Shown here: one piece after another, positions 29,678-37,918 of the stretch
How the letters are laid out: each line of letters begins with the position of its first letter
Numbering within the stretch: the stretch's first letter is position 1
NCBI GenBank assembly: GCA_046290385.1
Contig: JBKAGM010000003.1
Span: 12,394 to 76,393 of the forward strand
Origin: Gammaproteobacteria bacterium
GTDB lineage: Bacteria; Pseudomonadota; Gammaproteobacteria; JAGOUN01
Reading direction: 5' to 3'
Length of the DNA: 64,000 nt
Made by a program: the position numbers and the translations under genes
Notes under the pieces: model-generated
Database searches by the model: none
What the model saw: the letters and a program-made list of their open reading frames with translations, nothing else
What the model was told of the DNA's origin: nothing

Positions 29678-31010
29678 AATTAAAGTCCCAACACTTCCAG
29701 AGTCTATTGCCGACGCAACCGTCGTCACCTGGCATAAAAAAGCAGGCGAGCATGTTAACGTCGATGAAAACCTTGTTGACTTAGAAACCGATAAAGTCGT
29801 TTTAGAAGTGCCTGCACCTAGTAGTGGTGTTATTAAAGAGATTGTCAAAAACGAAGGCGATACTGTGCTTGCTCATGAAGTTTTAGCGATGTTTGAAGAA
29901 GCTGGTGCTGCAGCAGCACCAGCGCCTGCTCAAGAAACAGCAGCGCCAGTAGTTGAAACATCTGCATCACAAGCGGCTACGGCTACTACAACTGTTGAGG
30001 CGCCTAAAATAGCTGCCCACACAGTTTCGCCAGCAACAACCGCTAGCATTCAGCGTGCAGCAACCCAAATGCCACAGGAGCCAAGTGCGGCAACAGTTCA
30101 AGCACCTAGCATTGAAAGGCCGGCAACAACATCTGAGCATGTATCTCCTTCAGTGCGACGCATGATATCGGGATTAGATAATTCACAAGCTGCAACAGAA
30201 CAAGCAGTAGCGCCTCAGATTACAAAACCGCAGCAACCAATTGTTCAACAAGCACAGACACAACATCAAGCGCCAGCTCCTGTGATCGAACCAAAAGAAA
30301 TGATGGGTGATCGACAAGAAAAACGCGTGCCAATGACTCGTTTGCGCCAGCGCATTGCAGAAAGATTATTAGAAGCAAAAAACAATACGGCTATGTTGAC
30401 TACGTTTAACGAAGTAAATTTACAAAAAATTATGGATTTGCGTGTTAAGTATAAAGAAACTTTCGAAAAGATTCATGGAATACGGTTAGGGTTTTTATCC
30501 TTTTTTACGCGCGCATGCGTTGAAGCATTAAAACAATATCCATTAATCAACGCGTCAATCGATGGCAATGATGTTGTTTATCATGGTTATTATGATGTCG
30601 GTATAGCAATTTCAACGGACCGCGGACTTGTTGTTCCTGTTGTGCGTAATGCTGATGCTTTATCTATGGCTGATATTGAAAAACAAATTGCAGATTATGC
30701 GCAGCGTGCACGTGATGGAAAGATCGAATTAGAAGAAATTACCGGCGGAACTTTCTCTATCACTAATGGTGGTGTTTTTGGTTCGATGCTATCTACGCCA
30801 ATTTTAAATCCACCACAAAGTGCTATCTTAGGGATGCATACCATACAAAAGAGAGCGGTAGTTGAAAATGATGAGATTGTCATTCGTCCGATGATGTATT
30901 TAGCATTATCTTATGACCATCGTATTGTCGATGGTAAAGAGGCGATTTCGTTTCTGAAAACAGTGAAAGAATTATTGGAAGATCCAACACGATTGCTGTT
31001 AGAGGTTTAG
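29667..31010 (+). CDS. sucB: Dihydrolipoyllysine-residue succinyltransferase (E2o)
   Basis: Lipoyl motif [13 protein letters not shown] and the catalytic domain ending [14 protein letters not shown] chose the ATG at 29667 (AAAGGAAAG site) over the upstream ORF-track start at 29550. It overlaps the sucA stop. Confidence 0.94.
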   Translation: MTIEIKVPTLPESIADATVVTWHKKAGEHVNVDENLVDLETDKVVLEVPAPSSGVIKEIVKNEGDTVLAHEVLAMFEEAGAAAAPAPAQETAAPVVETSASQAATATTTVEAPKIAAHTVSPATTASIQRAATQMPQEPSAATVQAPSIERPATTSEHVSPSVRRMISGLDNSQAATEQAVAPQITKPQQPIVQQAQTQHQAPAPVIEPKEMMGDRQEKRVPMTRLRQRIAERLLEAKNNTAMLTTFNEVNLQKIMDLRVKYKETFEKIHGIRLGFLSFFTRACVEALKQYPLINASIDGNDVVYHGYYDVGIAISTDRGLVVPVVRNADALSMADIEKQIADYAQRARDGKIELEEITGGTFSITNGGVFGSMLSTPILNPPQSAILGMHTIQKRAVVENDEIVIRPMMYLALSYDHRIVDGKEAISFLKTVKELLEDPTRLLLEV

Positions 31011-31068
31011 TAGAAACGGATTACCCTCATGCTTTTTTTAGGTGAAGGTTCTGTTACATTTAAACGTT

Positions 31069-31095
31069 GTCATCCCGTGGTTTATCCACGGGATC
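31069..31095. repeat. REP-like hairpin (inverted orientation) just after sucB
   Basis: GTCATCCCGTGGTTTATCCACGGGATC is the reverse-complement type of the GATCCCGCGGATAAACCGCGGGATGAC unit. The 9-bp stem spans 31072-31094. Confidence 0.7.
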
Positions 31096-31201
31096 TCTGA
31101 AAACCAGTTAGGAACACCCTTGAGTGATCGGAGTTGATTTTTAAAAGCTTAGATGAACAGGGGTGAGGGTAACAGAACAGTGTTATAAACAAGGAAGCTC
31201 C

Positions 31202-31741
31202 ATGAAACTTAAATCACTACTTTTCTTTTTCTTTACGCTTTGTTTCATCAATCTTGCCAATGCAGCAGCACTTTCTAACACATCAGAAGCATATTATACC
31301 AATAAACAAATTGCAGAATGGTCTAAGACCATTACGACGCATGCATTTACGATGGACTATGAACATGCGCATAATCAACTAAACTCTTTAGAAAGACATT
31401 TTACAAAACAAGGATGGCAAGAATTTCGCATTGCCATGGCTGAGTCGGGTAATATTTATGCCCTGATTCAAGGGAAGTTACATTCCACTGCAACAATCGA
31501 AGAGTATCCTAAAATAGAGAGCACAAAAGTCGTGGACAATGCCTACCAGTGGATCGTTACCATGCCTGTAGACGTTGTTTTTGCTGACCGAAATGATAAG
31601 CAAGTCACCGAAGAACGTTTGTACGTCAGCCTCAGAATCGTTCGTACAACCCCAGAAGAGCGTCTTAAAGGCTTGGCGATATCTCAGTTCATCGCTCATC
31701 ATGATCCGGTGGATATACACTCAGATCATATTGAAAAATAG
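31202..31741 (+). CDS. Secreted IcmL/DotI-like domain protein
   Basis: The signal peptide MKLKSLLFFFFTLCFINLANA runs from the ATG at 31202 (AAGGA site). The core is collinear with the IcmL/DotI pattern as I recall it: W..T...AFTMDY......L......FT..GW..F..A...SGN......GKL...A......P.I........Y.W.V..P..V.F.............V.L.IVR........GLAISQF. Confidence 0.55.
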   Translation: MKLKSLLFFFFTLCFINLANAAALSNTSEAYYTNKQIAEWSKTITTHAFTMDYEHAHNQLNSLERHFTKQGWQEFRIAMAESGNIYALIQGKLHSTATIEEYPKIESTKVVDNAYQWIVTMPVDVVFADRNDKQVTEERLYVSLRIVRTTPEERLKGLAISQFIAHHDPVDIHSDHIEK

Positions 31742-31835
31742 TATTTTTTCTTAAACTATCACATTTTGGACATATTGGGTGGATTATAATACGCATACGC
31801 CTAATCTATTCTCGTATCCTTCACAACCATTTCAC

Positions 31836-31864
31836 GTCATCTTCCACGAAGGCAAAGGATCCAG
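31836..31864. repeat. Decayed copy of the GTCATCCTCCGCGAAGGCGGAGGGTCCAG unit
   Basis: GTCATCTTCCACGAAGGCAAAGGATCCAG differs from the 4219 copy at 5 of 29 positions. All five are C>T or G>A, and they abolish the stem. Confidence 0.55.
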
Positions 31865-32006
31865 AAAAAACAAAAGTTATTATAAAACAGACAGTTATAA
31901 TATAACTTGATGTAAAGATAATGTAAATTAACTAGCCATACTTTATATAATCGAGTTAAAATTGAACTATACTGATAAAAGTATCATCTGAGAATGGGGT
32001 GAAGCC

Positions 32007-34529
32007 GTGGACTCAAAAAGAGAAGAGCATACAGACGAACAACACATTAAGTTAGCTAAAGATAAGTTAGCTAAAGATAAGTTAGCTACCCAGGCGGCTG
32101 CTATTGCTTATATTTATCAGGATGATGAAAATATCAGACGTCTCACACCTGAGGGCTGTGATAGAAATTCCAAAGACTATTTTATTGACAGCGCATCGAC
32201 AAAAACTGTTCAAGAGATAATTCAATACTTCGATCAGAACAGAGACTCTATTGGCTCTGAAGCTAAAAATGATGAGCGAAAAAAGCGTTGGGAACAGGTT
32301 GTTATCGATACAGCTAGAGAAAATTTGACCGCAGACAATGTAAGAAATGCTGAGGGCAATGGAAGTGTGTCGCGTGTTTTTAATGAAGGAGGTCTTGATA
32401 GTATTTTATTCCCCTATGAAATCAGATCAGATATTAAGAATTTTTTCCAGCGCATAGAAGATGGAACGATTGATGATGACTCTTTTGATTTAATGAGAGC
32501 TTTTTATGATTTAATACTTCAAATAAGCCGGCGGCTTGATGAAATCTATTTGGGTCTTGAGGGTCTTGAGGATCCTGATGGGTTGAGCTATAAGATAATT
32601 GAGGCTTTAAAAGAAAGAGAGGGCTGTGAGGGAGAATTATCCGACTCATTTAAGGATCTGCTGGCGGCGATTCAAAAAAAGGAAACTACTGATGATATAG
32701 ATACAAGCATGGATAGACTCGCGCGAGAGATTTATTCTGCATGGCTCCAACCACTAGGCGAGTCTCTTTTTGAAAATAAGCTATTAAATAACCTTCATAA
32801 CGAGCTTTCCGTGTATGTGACAACAAAGTCCGCTGGACAACAGACAGCATTTAGTAATTTTCAAGAGTTTTTTGAGCGAGCCCCTCTTCTGACCCTGATG
32901 GGCGTACCTAAGGAAGATATTATACCTTGGGTACCGTTTTTTTCGGAAAATTTTCGAGACCAGATAAAAAGCAATGCGATAGTCGAGCGTGAATATGCTT
33001 TGCTCGATTATATTCAAAGCTATGAAGACTTCTTGGAATTAATTTCTACAGGTTCAGTTCAAAATGCCTATGAAATTGTAAAAAATCTCTATAGCCAAAA
33101 AGCCAAGATTCCTGCAAGAATATTTAAAGGAGGAAATGAAAATCAGTTGTTAGCTGATCTTGTTCAGCATTTTCGCGAACACAAACAATATGATGCCATT
33201 GAAGCGTTATTTTCAATGTTGCAAGGTGATGAAATAACGGTTTCTTCAGCTCGCGATGATAACTTCGAAGTCTACGAAGAAAAAGGGCGAGAAAGTGACG
33301 AAGAAAAAAAGTTAGAAAGTAAATCCGATCTCGAAAAGACACTCCTGGACAGAGATGATACGAATTTAAATTCCAACTTCTTCCGTGGTGAAAGTTTACT
33401 AATAGGCTCGCAGGAAGGGCTGCATCCCAACATTTATATCCCTGCATTGTTGTTATTACTACAATCACATGAGTCTGAAGATAGGGCTGCGATAAAAGCA
33501 ATTGAAGCAGTTTTAGTCTGTGAAGCCTTGCCCGTAAATGATCGTTTAACTATAGCCAAACAATTAACACACGATAGGATGGAGCGGTGGTATATCAGGT
33601 TTTTTAAATCTTCTGAACTGATAAGTGTCTATGAAAAATTTAATGCTGAAGAGAATGGAGTCGATGCTTTGGTTTCTAACTTAATGACGGATAAAACGTC
33701 TCAACCATCCAAAGGTGATAGACAGAAAAAGGTTAACGTGTCGACAGAAGATTTTCCATCAGACTTTTACAAGATATTTCGTGTTGATCAGGAGGGCCAG
33801 CTGAACGTTGATGAAGCGGCTCTGTTGAAGTGTGTTCATCAGTCAGCCGATAATTTTCATGCAGAAGAAGGTGATCATGAGATAGATGACTCCACGACGG
33901 CATTTGGTCCCAAGGTTGAGGATCTCGAAAACTTTCTTAATCAATTCTCAGGTGAGCAAGTGCGTTACGCTAAAGCGTTTGTTCAGACTTGTGTTCAACT
34001 GATGACTGATGGAAGAATGGGAGAAGACGAGATTGCGAGCACCCGTGAACGCATGCGCAAACAGGCATGTCAGGGCATGAAAAGCTTATCGAGTAAGTCT
34101 GACTGTATTGACTTGATAGCTAATGAACTTAAATTTATTGAAGGAATTGGTAGCGAGACACTTGTAGCTCAAGACGAAGAAACAGACCTAGGTCGCGCGC
34201 TTAACGCTTTGAAAGAGCATATAGAAGAAAGAAGCTTCTATGCCGATAAAACCTTCAAGCCGCATTATTTTAGCCATACCGAAAAACTATTTTTAATGGT
34301 GCTTGATAATAATAATCTTAGCGCTGATGAAAAATTTGATGCGCTCAAGAATATTGCAGAGGGACGTGCGGAACGCCCTTATTTTGGAAAGGGTTTTGGT
34401 ATGTTTGATAGACAGCTTGATTCTTCAAAAGAGCTTCATGAAAAACTTCGTGACGCAAATCAACAGGATTTTATAGCTCGGTTTTCCGAGCAGCCGCAAC
34501 AAGACACCCAGACTCAAAACCAGAATTGA
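32007..34529 (+). CDS. Hypothetical 840-aa acidic, mostly helical protein (orphan)
   Basis: An uninterrupted 2.5-kb frame on the same strand as suc. GTG start (uncertain). No motif recognised. Gln-rich C-terminus QPQQDTQTQNQN. Confidence 0.6.
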   Translation: MDSKREEHTDEQHIKLAKDKLAKDKLATQAAAIAYIYQDDENIRRLTPEGCDRNSKDYFIDSASTKTVQEIIQYFDQNRDSIGSEAKNDERKKRWEQVVIDTARENLTADNVRNAEGNGSVSRVFNEGGLDSILFPYEIRSDIKNFFQRIEDGTIDDDSFDLMRAFYDLILQISRRLDEIYLGLEGLEDPDGLSYKIIEALKEREGCEGELSDSFKDLLAAIQKKETTDDIDTSMDRLAREIYSAWLQPLGESLFENKLLNNLHNELSVYVTTKSAGQQTAFSNFQEFFERAPLLTLMGVPKEDIIPWVPFFSENFRDQIKSNAIVEREYALLDYIQSYEDFLELISTGSVQNAYEIVKNLYSQKAKIPARIFKGGNENQLLADLVQHFREHKQYDAIEALFSMLQGDEITVSSARDDNFEVYEEKGRESDEEKKLESKSDLEKTLLDRDDTNLNSNFFRGESLLIGSQEGLHPNIYIPALLLLLQSHESEDRAAIKAIEAVLVCEALPVNDRLTIAKQLTHDRMERWYIRFFKSSELISVYEKFNAEENGVDALVSNLMTDKTSQPSKGDRQKKVNVSTEDFPSDFYKIFRVDQEGQLNVDEAALLKCVHQSADNFHAEEGDHEIDDSTTAFGPKVEDLENFLNQFSGEQVRYAKAFVQTCVQLMTDGRMGEDEIASTRERMRKQACQGMKSLSSKSDCIDLIANELKFIEGIGSETLVAQDEETDLGRALNALKEHIEERSFYADKTFKPHYFSHTEKLFLMVLDNNNLSADEKFDALKNIAEGRAERPYFGKGFGMFDRQLDSSKELHEKLRDANQQDFIARFSEQPQQDTQTQNQN
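32049..32088 (+). repeat. Perfect 15-nt tandem repeat (2.7 copies) inside the 840-aa ORF
   Basis: AAGTTAGCTAAAGAT occurs at 32049-32063 and 32064-32078, followed by AAGTTAGCTA. It encodes KLAKD-KLAKD-KLA. Confidence 0.95.
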
Positions 34530-34594
34530 CGCTTCAAAATTTTAATTAATTGGGGTATAATCGGCCATGAATTTCTCAAGCTCAGGGAATCAAC

Positions 34595-35182
34595 ATGGCT
34601 ACATCATCACCACTTCAGAAAGCGTATGAGAGAATAAGAAAACTTAACAATCTTGGCGGCACTTCTTTCCTAAAAGATGAAGAGGAAAGCAATATCAAGC
34701 GCTATTTATTCGATGAGTTGGCGCCAGAGGTCGTTTTTAATGCATTACGGCATGATTTCGTCAATAGGGCAACGGAAGTAAAACATGAATACCAAAGAAA
34801 TGAGTTGGTTGCGACAACCACCGTACCATTTAATCGTGCATTAGCGTTTATTAGGGAGTATTTTGATACACACCCCGCCTTTCAGCCGGATTTAACCGAG
34901 GAGGGTGGCGTATTTATTGACAAACGGCCTTACATACAAAACCTCTCTGATACTTTAGATGAGCTATTTCCCAAATCAAAGTTGTTTCTTTTCTTTGAAA
35001 AGCGCCATGAGGCTTTTTTCTCTCCACGTATTGAAAGTGAAATAACTCTCTACGAAACTTGGTTGACCGAGCAGCTAGAACAGGCTCCGCTTCCTTTGGC
35101 ACCTACAACAGTATCACTATTTGATGATTCTTCAGAAGAAGAGCCGATAGCGATGGAGATTCCCGTTGCAGTCCCATTATAA
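34595..35182 (+). CDS. Hypothetical 195-aa protein with acidic C-terminal tail (orphan)
   Basis: Same-strand ORF between the 840-aa ORF and sucC. The C-terminus is SLFDDSSEEEPIAMEIPVAVPL. No family recognised. Confidence 0.5.
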   Translation: MATSSPLQKAYERIRKLNNLGGTSFLKDEEESNIKRYLFDELAPEVVFNALRHDFVNRATEVKHEYQRNELVATTTVPFNRALAFIREYFDTHPAFQPDLTEEGGVFIDKRPYIQNLSDTLDELFPKSKLFLFFEKRHEAFFSPRIESEITLYETWLTEQLEQAPLPLAPTTVSLFDDSSEEEPIAMEIPVAVPL

Positions 35183-35278
35183 CTTAGTATTGCTATTGAA
35201 CTGTTATTTCCTTGCCCTCTAAAATAACTTTGTGATATAAATACACCTTCCGACAACTCAGAAGGACAAAAAATAGTC

Positions 35279-36448
35279 ATGAATTTGCATGAATATCAAG
35301 CGAAACAATTGCTTAAAAAATATGATTTACCGGTTCCACAAGGCGAAATTGCTAACAGTGTGGAAGAAGTTTTACAACTCTATTCAAATTTTGATAACCC
35401 TCGCGCGGTCTTGAAAGCTCAAATCCATGCCGGTGGTCGTGGTAAAGCTGGTGGTGTGAAGGTGATTTCTTCTAAGGCTGAACTCGAAGTTTATGCGAAA
35501 AAGCTTCATGGCCAACGTTTGGTCACATACCAAACAGATGAGCGAGGCCAACCTGTAAATACTTTCTTGTTGGAAGAAGCTACAAATATCGGCCGTGAAC
35601 TTTATCTTGGTGCCGTTTTGGATCGCTCTAAGCAACGTGTGACTTTCATGGTTTCTTCTGAAGGTGGTGTGAATATCGAGGATGTTGCCAAAGAAACACC
35701 AGAAAAAATTCATTACATCTCAGTAGATCCAATGCTGGGTGTATTGCCGTTTCAATGTCGTGAAGTTGCCTTCAAACTTGATTTAAACAATGCTCAAATT
35801 AAAGAATTCACACGTATTGTGATAGCGCTTTATAAAATGTTTGTTGAGCGTGACTTAACGCTTTTAGAAGTGAACCCATTAGTGATTACGGTTGATGGCA
35901 ACTTACTGTGTTTAGATGCAAAAATTAATATCGATAGTAATGCTTTATATCGACAACCAGAATTGCGTGCGATGCGTGACACAACGCAAGAAGACGATCG
36001 CGAACGTGAAGCTGATGATTGGGGATTAAGTTATATTGCGCTTGATGGTCAAATTGGTTGTATGGTCAACGGAGCAGGGCTCGCAATGGCGACGATGGAT
36101 TTAGTCCAAGTCCATGGTGGAACACCAGCTAACTTTTTGGATGTGGGCGGTAGCGCAACAGAAGAGCGTGTTCGTGAAGCATTTAAATTGATTTTGTCGG
36201 ATACAAAAGTTCGCGCTATTTTAATTAATATTTTTGGCGGAATCGTACGTTGTGATTTGATCGCCGATGGTATTATCGCAGCGGCGCGTGAGACCCATGT
36301 GGAAATTCCTGTTGTTGTAAGACTAGAAGGAAATAATGCAGAAAAGGGCGCTGAAAAATTAAGTAAGAGTGGCTTAAACATTATTGCAGCAAAAAGCTTT
36401 AATGAAGCAGCGAAAAAAGTTGTGGCACTCTCTGAAGCTGAATTATAG
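35279..36448 (+). CDS. sucC: Succinate--CoA ligase (ADP-forming) beta subunit
   Basis: [13 protein letters not shown]-terminus, an ATP-grasp region, and [15 protein letters not shown]. Confidence 0.96.
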   Translation: MNLHEYQAKQLLKKYDLPVPQGEIANSVEEVLQLYSNFDNPRAVLKAQIHAGGRGKAGGVKVISSKAELEVYAKKLHGQRLVTYQTDERGQPVNTFLLEEATNIGRELYLGAVLDRSKQRVTFMVSSEGGVNIEDVAKETPEKIHYISVDPMLGVLPFQCREVAFKLDLNNAQIKEFTRIVIALYKMFVERDLTLLEVNPLVITVDGNLLCLDAKINIDSNALYRQPELRAMRDTTQEDDREREADDWGLSYIALDGQIGCMVNGAGLAMATMDLVQVHGGTPANFLDVGGSATEERVREAFKLILSDTKVRAILINIFGGIVRCDLIADGIIAAARETHVEIPVVVRLEGNNAEKGAEKLSKSGLNIIAAKSFNEAAKKVVALSEAEL

Positions 36449-36459
36449 GATTAGATGTT

Positions 36460-37350
36460 ATGAGTATATTAATCAACAAAGATACAAAAGTGATTTGCCA
36501 AGGTTTTACAGGTAAGCAAGGCACATATCATTCTGAACAAGCTATCGAATACGGTACAAACCTTGTAGGTGGTGTGACTCCTGGTAAAGGTGGTCAAATG
36601 CATCTTGATCGTCCAGTGTTTAATACTGTGCGTGAAGCAGTTGAGCAGACAGGTGCTGATGCTACTATGATCTATGTCCCAGCAGGCTTTTGTAAAGACT
36701 CTATTATTGAAGCCGTCGATGCACGTGTTAAAACGATTGTATGTATTACAGAAGGTATTCCTGCACTTGATATGTTAGAAGTGAAATACTATGTCGATAA
36801 AAATTCTGATGCGACATTGATTGGCCCTAACTGTCCAGGTGTTATTACGCCAGGCGAATGTAAAATTGGGATCATGCCAGGTCATATTCATTTACCAGGT
36901 CGCGTGGGTATTGTTTCACGTTCTGGAACCCTAACTTATGAAGCCGTTGCACAAACAACCGCGTTAGGCTTTGGTCAAAGTACATGTGTAGGGATCGGTG
37001 GCGATCCTATTCCTGGCAGTAACTTTATCGATATTCTAGCCTTATTCGAAAAAGATCCACAAACAGAAGCCATTGTAATGGTAGGTGAGATTGGCGGTAC
37101 TGCTGAAGAAGAAGCTGCTGCATTTATTGCTGACCATGTGACAAAACCTGTCGTTGCTTATATTGCAGGTGTGACAGCACCTCCAGGTAAACGTATGGGC
37201 CATGCTGGTGCAATCATTTCAGGTGGTAAGGGCTCAGCTTCTGATAAATATGATGCGCTTGAACATGCTCATGTCAATGTCGTGAAGTCACCAACAGAAA
37301 TTGGTAAAACATTGGCTGCCGTTACTGGTTGGGAAACCGTTAACGCATAA
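36460..37350 (+). CDS. sucD: Succinate--CoA ligase alpha subunit
   Basis: [21 protein letters not shown], and the phospho-His motif MGHAGAII. Confidence 0.96.
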   Translation: MSILINKDTKVICQGFTGKQGTYHSEQAIEYGTNLVGGVTPGKGGQMHLDRPVFNTVREAVEQTGADATMIYVPAGFCKDSIIEAVDARVKTIVCITEGIPALDMLEVKYYVDKNSDATLIGPNCPGVITPGECKIGIMPGHIHLPGRVGIVSRSGTLTYEAVAQTTALGFGQSTCVGIGGDPIPGSNFIDILALFEKDPQTEAIVMVGEIGGTAEEEAAAFIADHVTKPVVAYIAGVTAPPGKRMGHAGAIISGGKGSASDKYDALEHAHVNVVKSPTEIGKTLAAVTGWETVNA

Positions 37351-37378
37351 CCTAGTTTGCGATAATAAAAAGATAACC

Positions 37379-37858
37379 ATGTTGACATCATCTGTTAGAG
37401 TTTCTGGGCAATATGAATTACGCAGATCTTTTGCTGATAAGACTTCTGAATTTCTTGCGAAAGGCAAAGAGTACTATAGTTCATGTATTGATAATAATGC
37501 TGCACCTTTGGAAAAAGCAGAGCGTATTTTGCGTTATTATCTTCCATCGTCTTGTTTAATGAGTTTCTTTCTTGATCGCACACCTGAAAATACTGATGCA
37601 GTTCGAGAAGCTTTACAGAATAAGTCGGATTACAATTCAATAGGTGAGTTGCTTGAGTTGGTTATCTCGAAAAAAGGTGGCCACATATATTCAAATAATA
37701 GTAAGCTTTTAGCTGCTTTAGTTTTGATATCTTCTTTAGATGAAAATTCAACCTGTGAAATTAGAGGTTACAGCTATCACTCTGAAATAACTTTGAATGG
37801 ACACCATATCCATAAGCCTCTAAAGACTTATGGAAGCCCAAAAAATTCTACCGTCTGA
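37379..37858 (+). CDS. Hypothetical 159-aa protein (orphan)
   Basis: The internal ATG at 37379 avoids the overlap with sucD implied by the ORF-track start. No family recognised. Confidence 0.4.
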   Translation: MLTSSVRVSGQYELRRSFADKTSEFLAKGKEYYSSCIDNNAAPLEKAERILRYYLPSSCLMSFFLDRTPENTDAVREALQNKSDYNSIGELLELVISKKGGHIYSNNSKLLAALVLISSLDENSTCEIRGYSYHSEITLNGHHIHKPLKTYGSPKNSTV

Positions 37859-37859
37859 C

Positions 37860-37888
37860 TTGACCTATTTTTCTTAAAATTCAATAAT
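37860..37888 (+). promoter_or_regulatory. Possible sigma-70 promoter for the TPP-enzyme operon
   Basis: TTGACC, a 17-nt spacer, then AATAAT, 30 nt upstream of the ATG at 37919. Such matches are common in A+T-rich DNA, so this is weak. Confidence 0.3.
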
Positions 37889-37918
37889 ATAAATATCTAC
37901 CTTAAACAAGGATGAGCC

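Noticed and set aside
31011-35278. Classical genomic island or prophage remnant interpretation of the sucB-sucC insertion
   Set aside because: There is no integrase, transposase, tRNA or long direct repeats at the borders. Only short inverted repeats and REP units are present, so I report it as an insertion of unknown mechanism rather than a defined mobile element.
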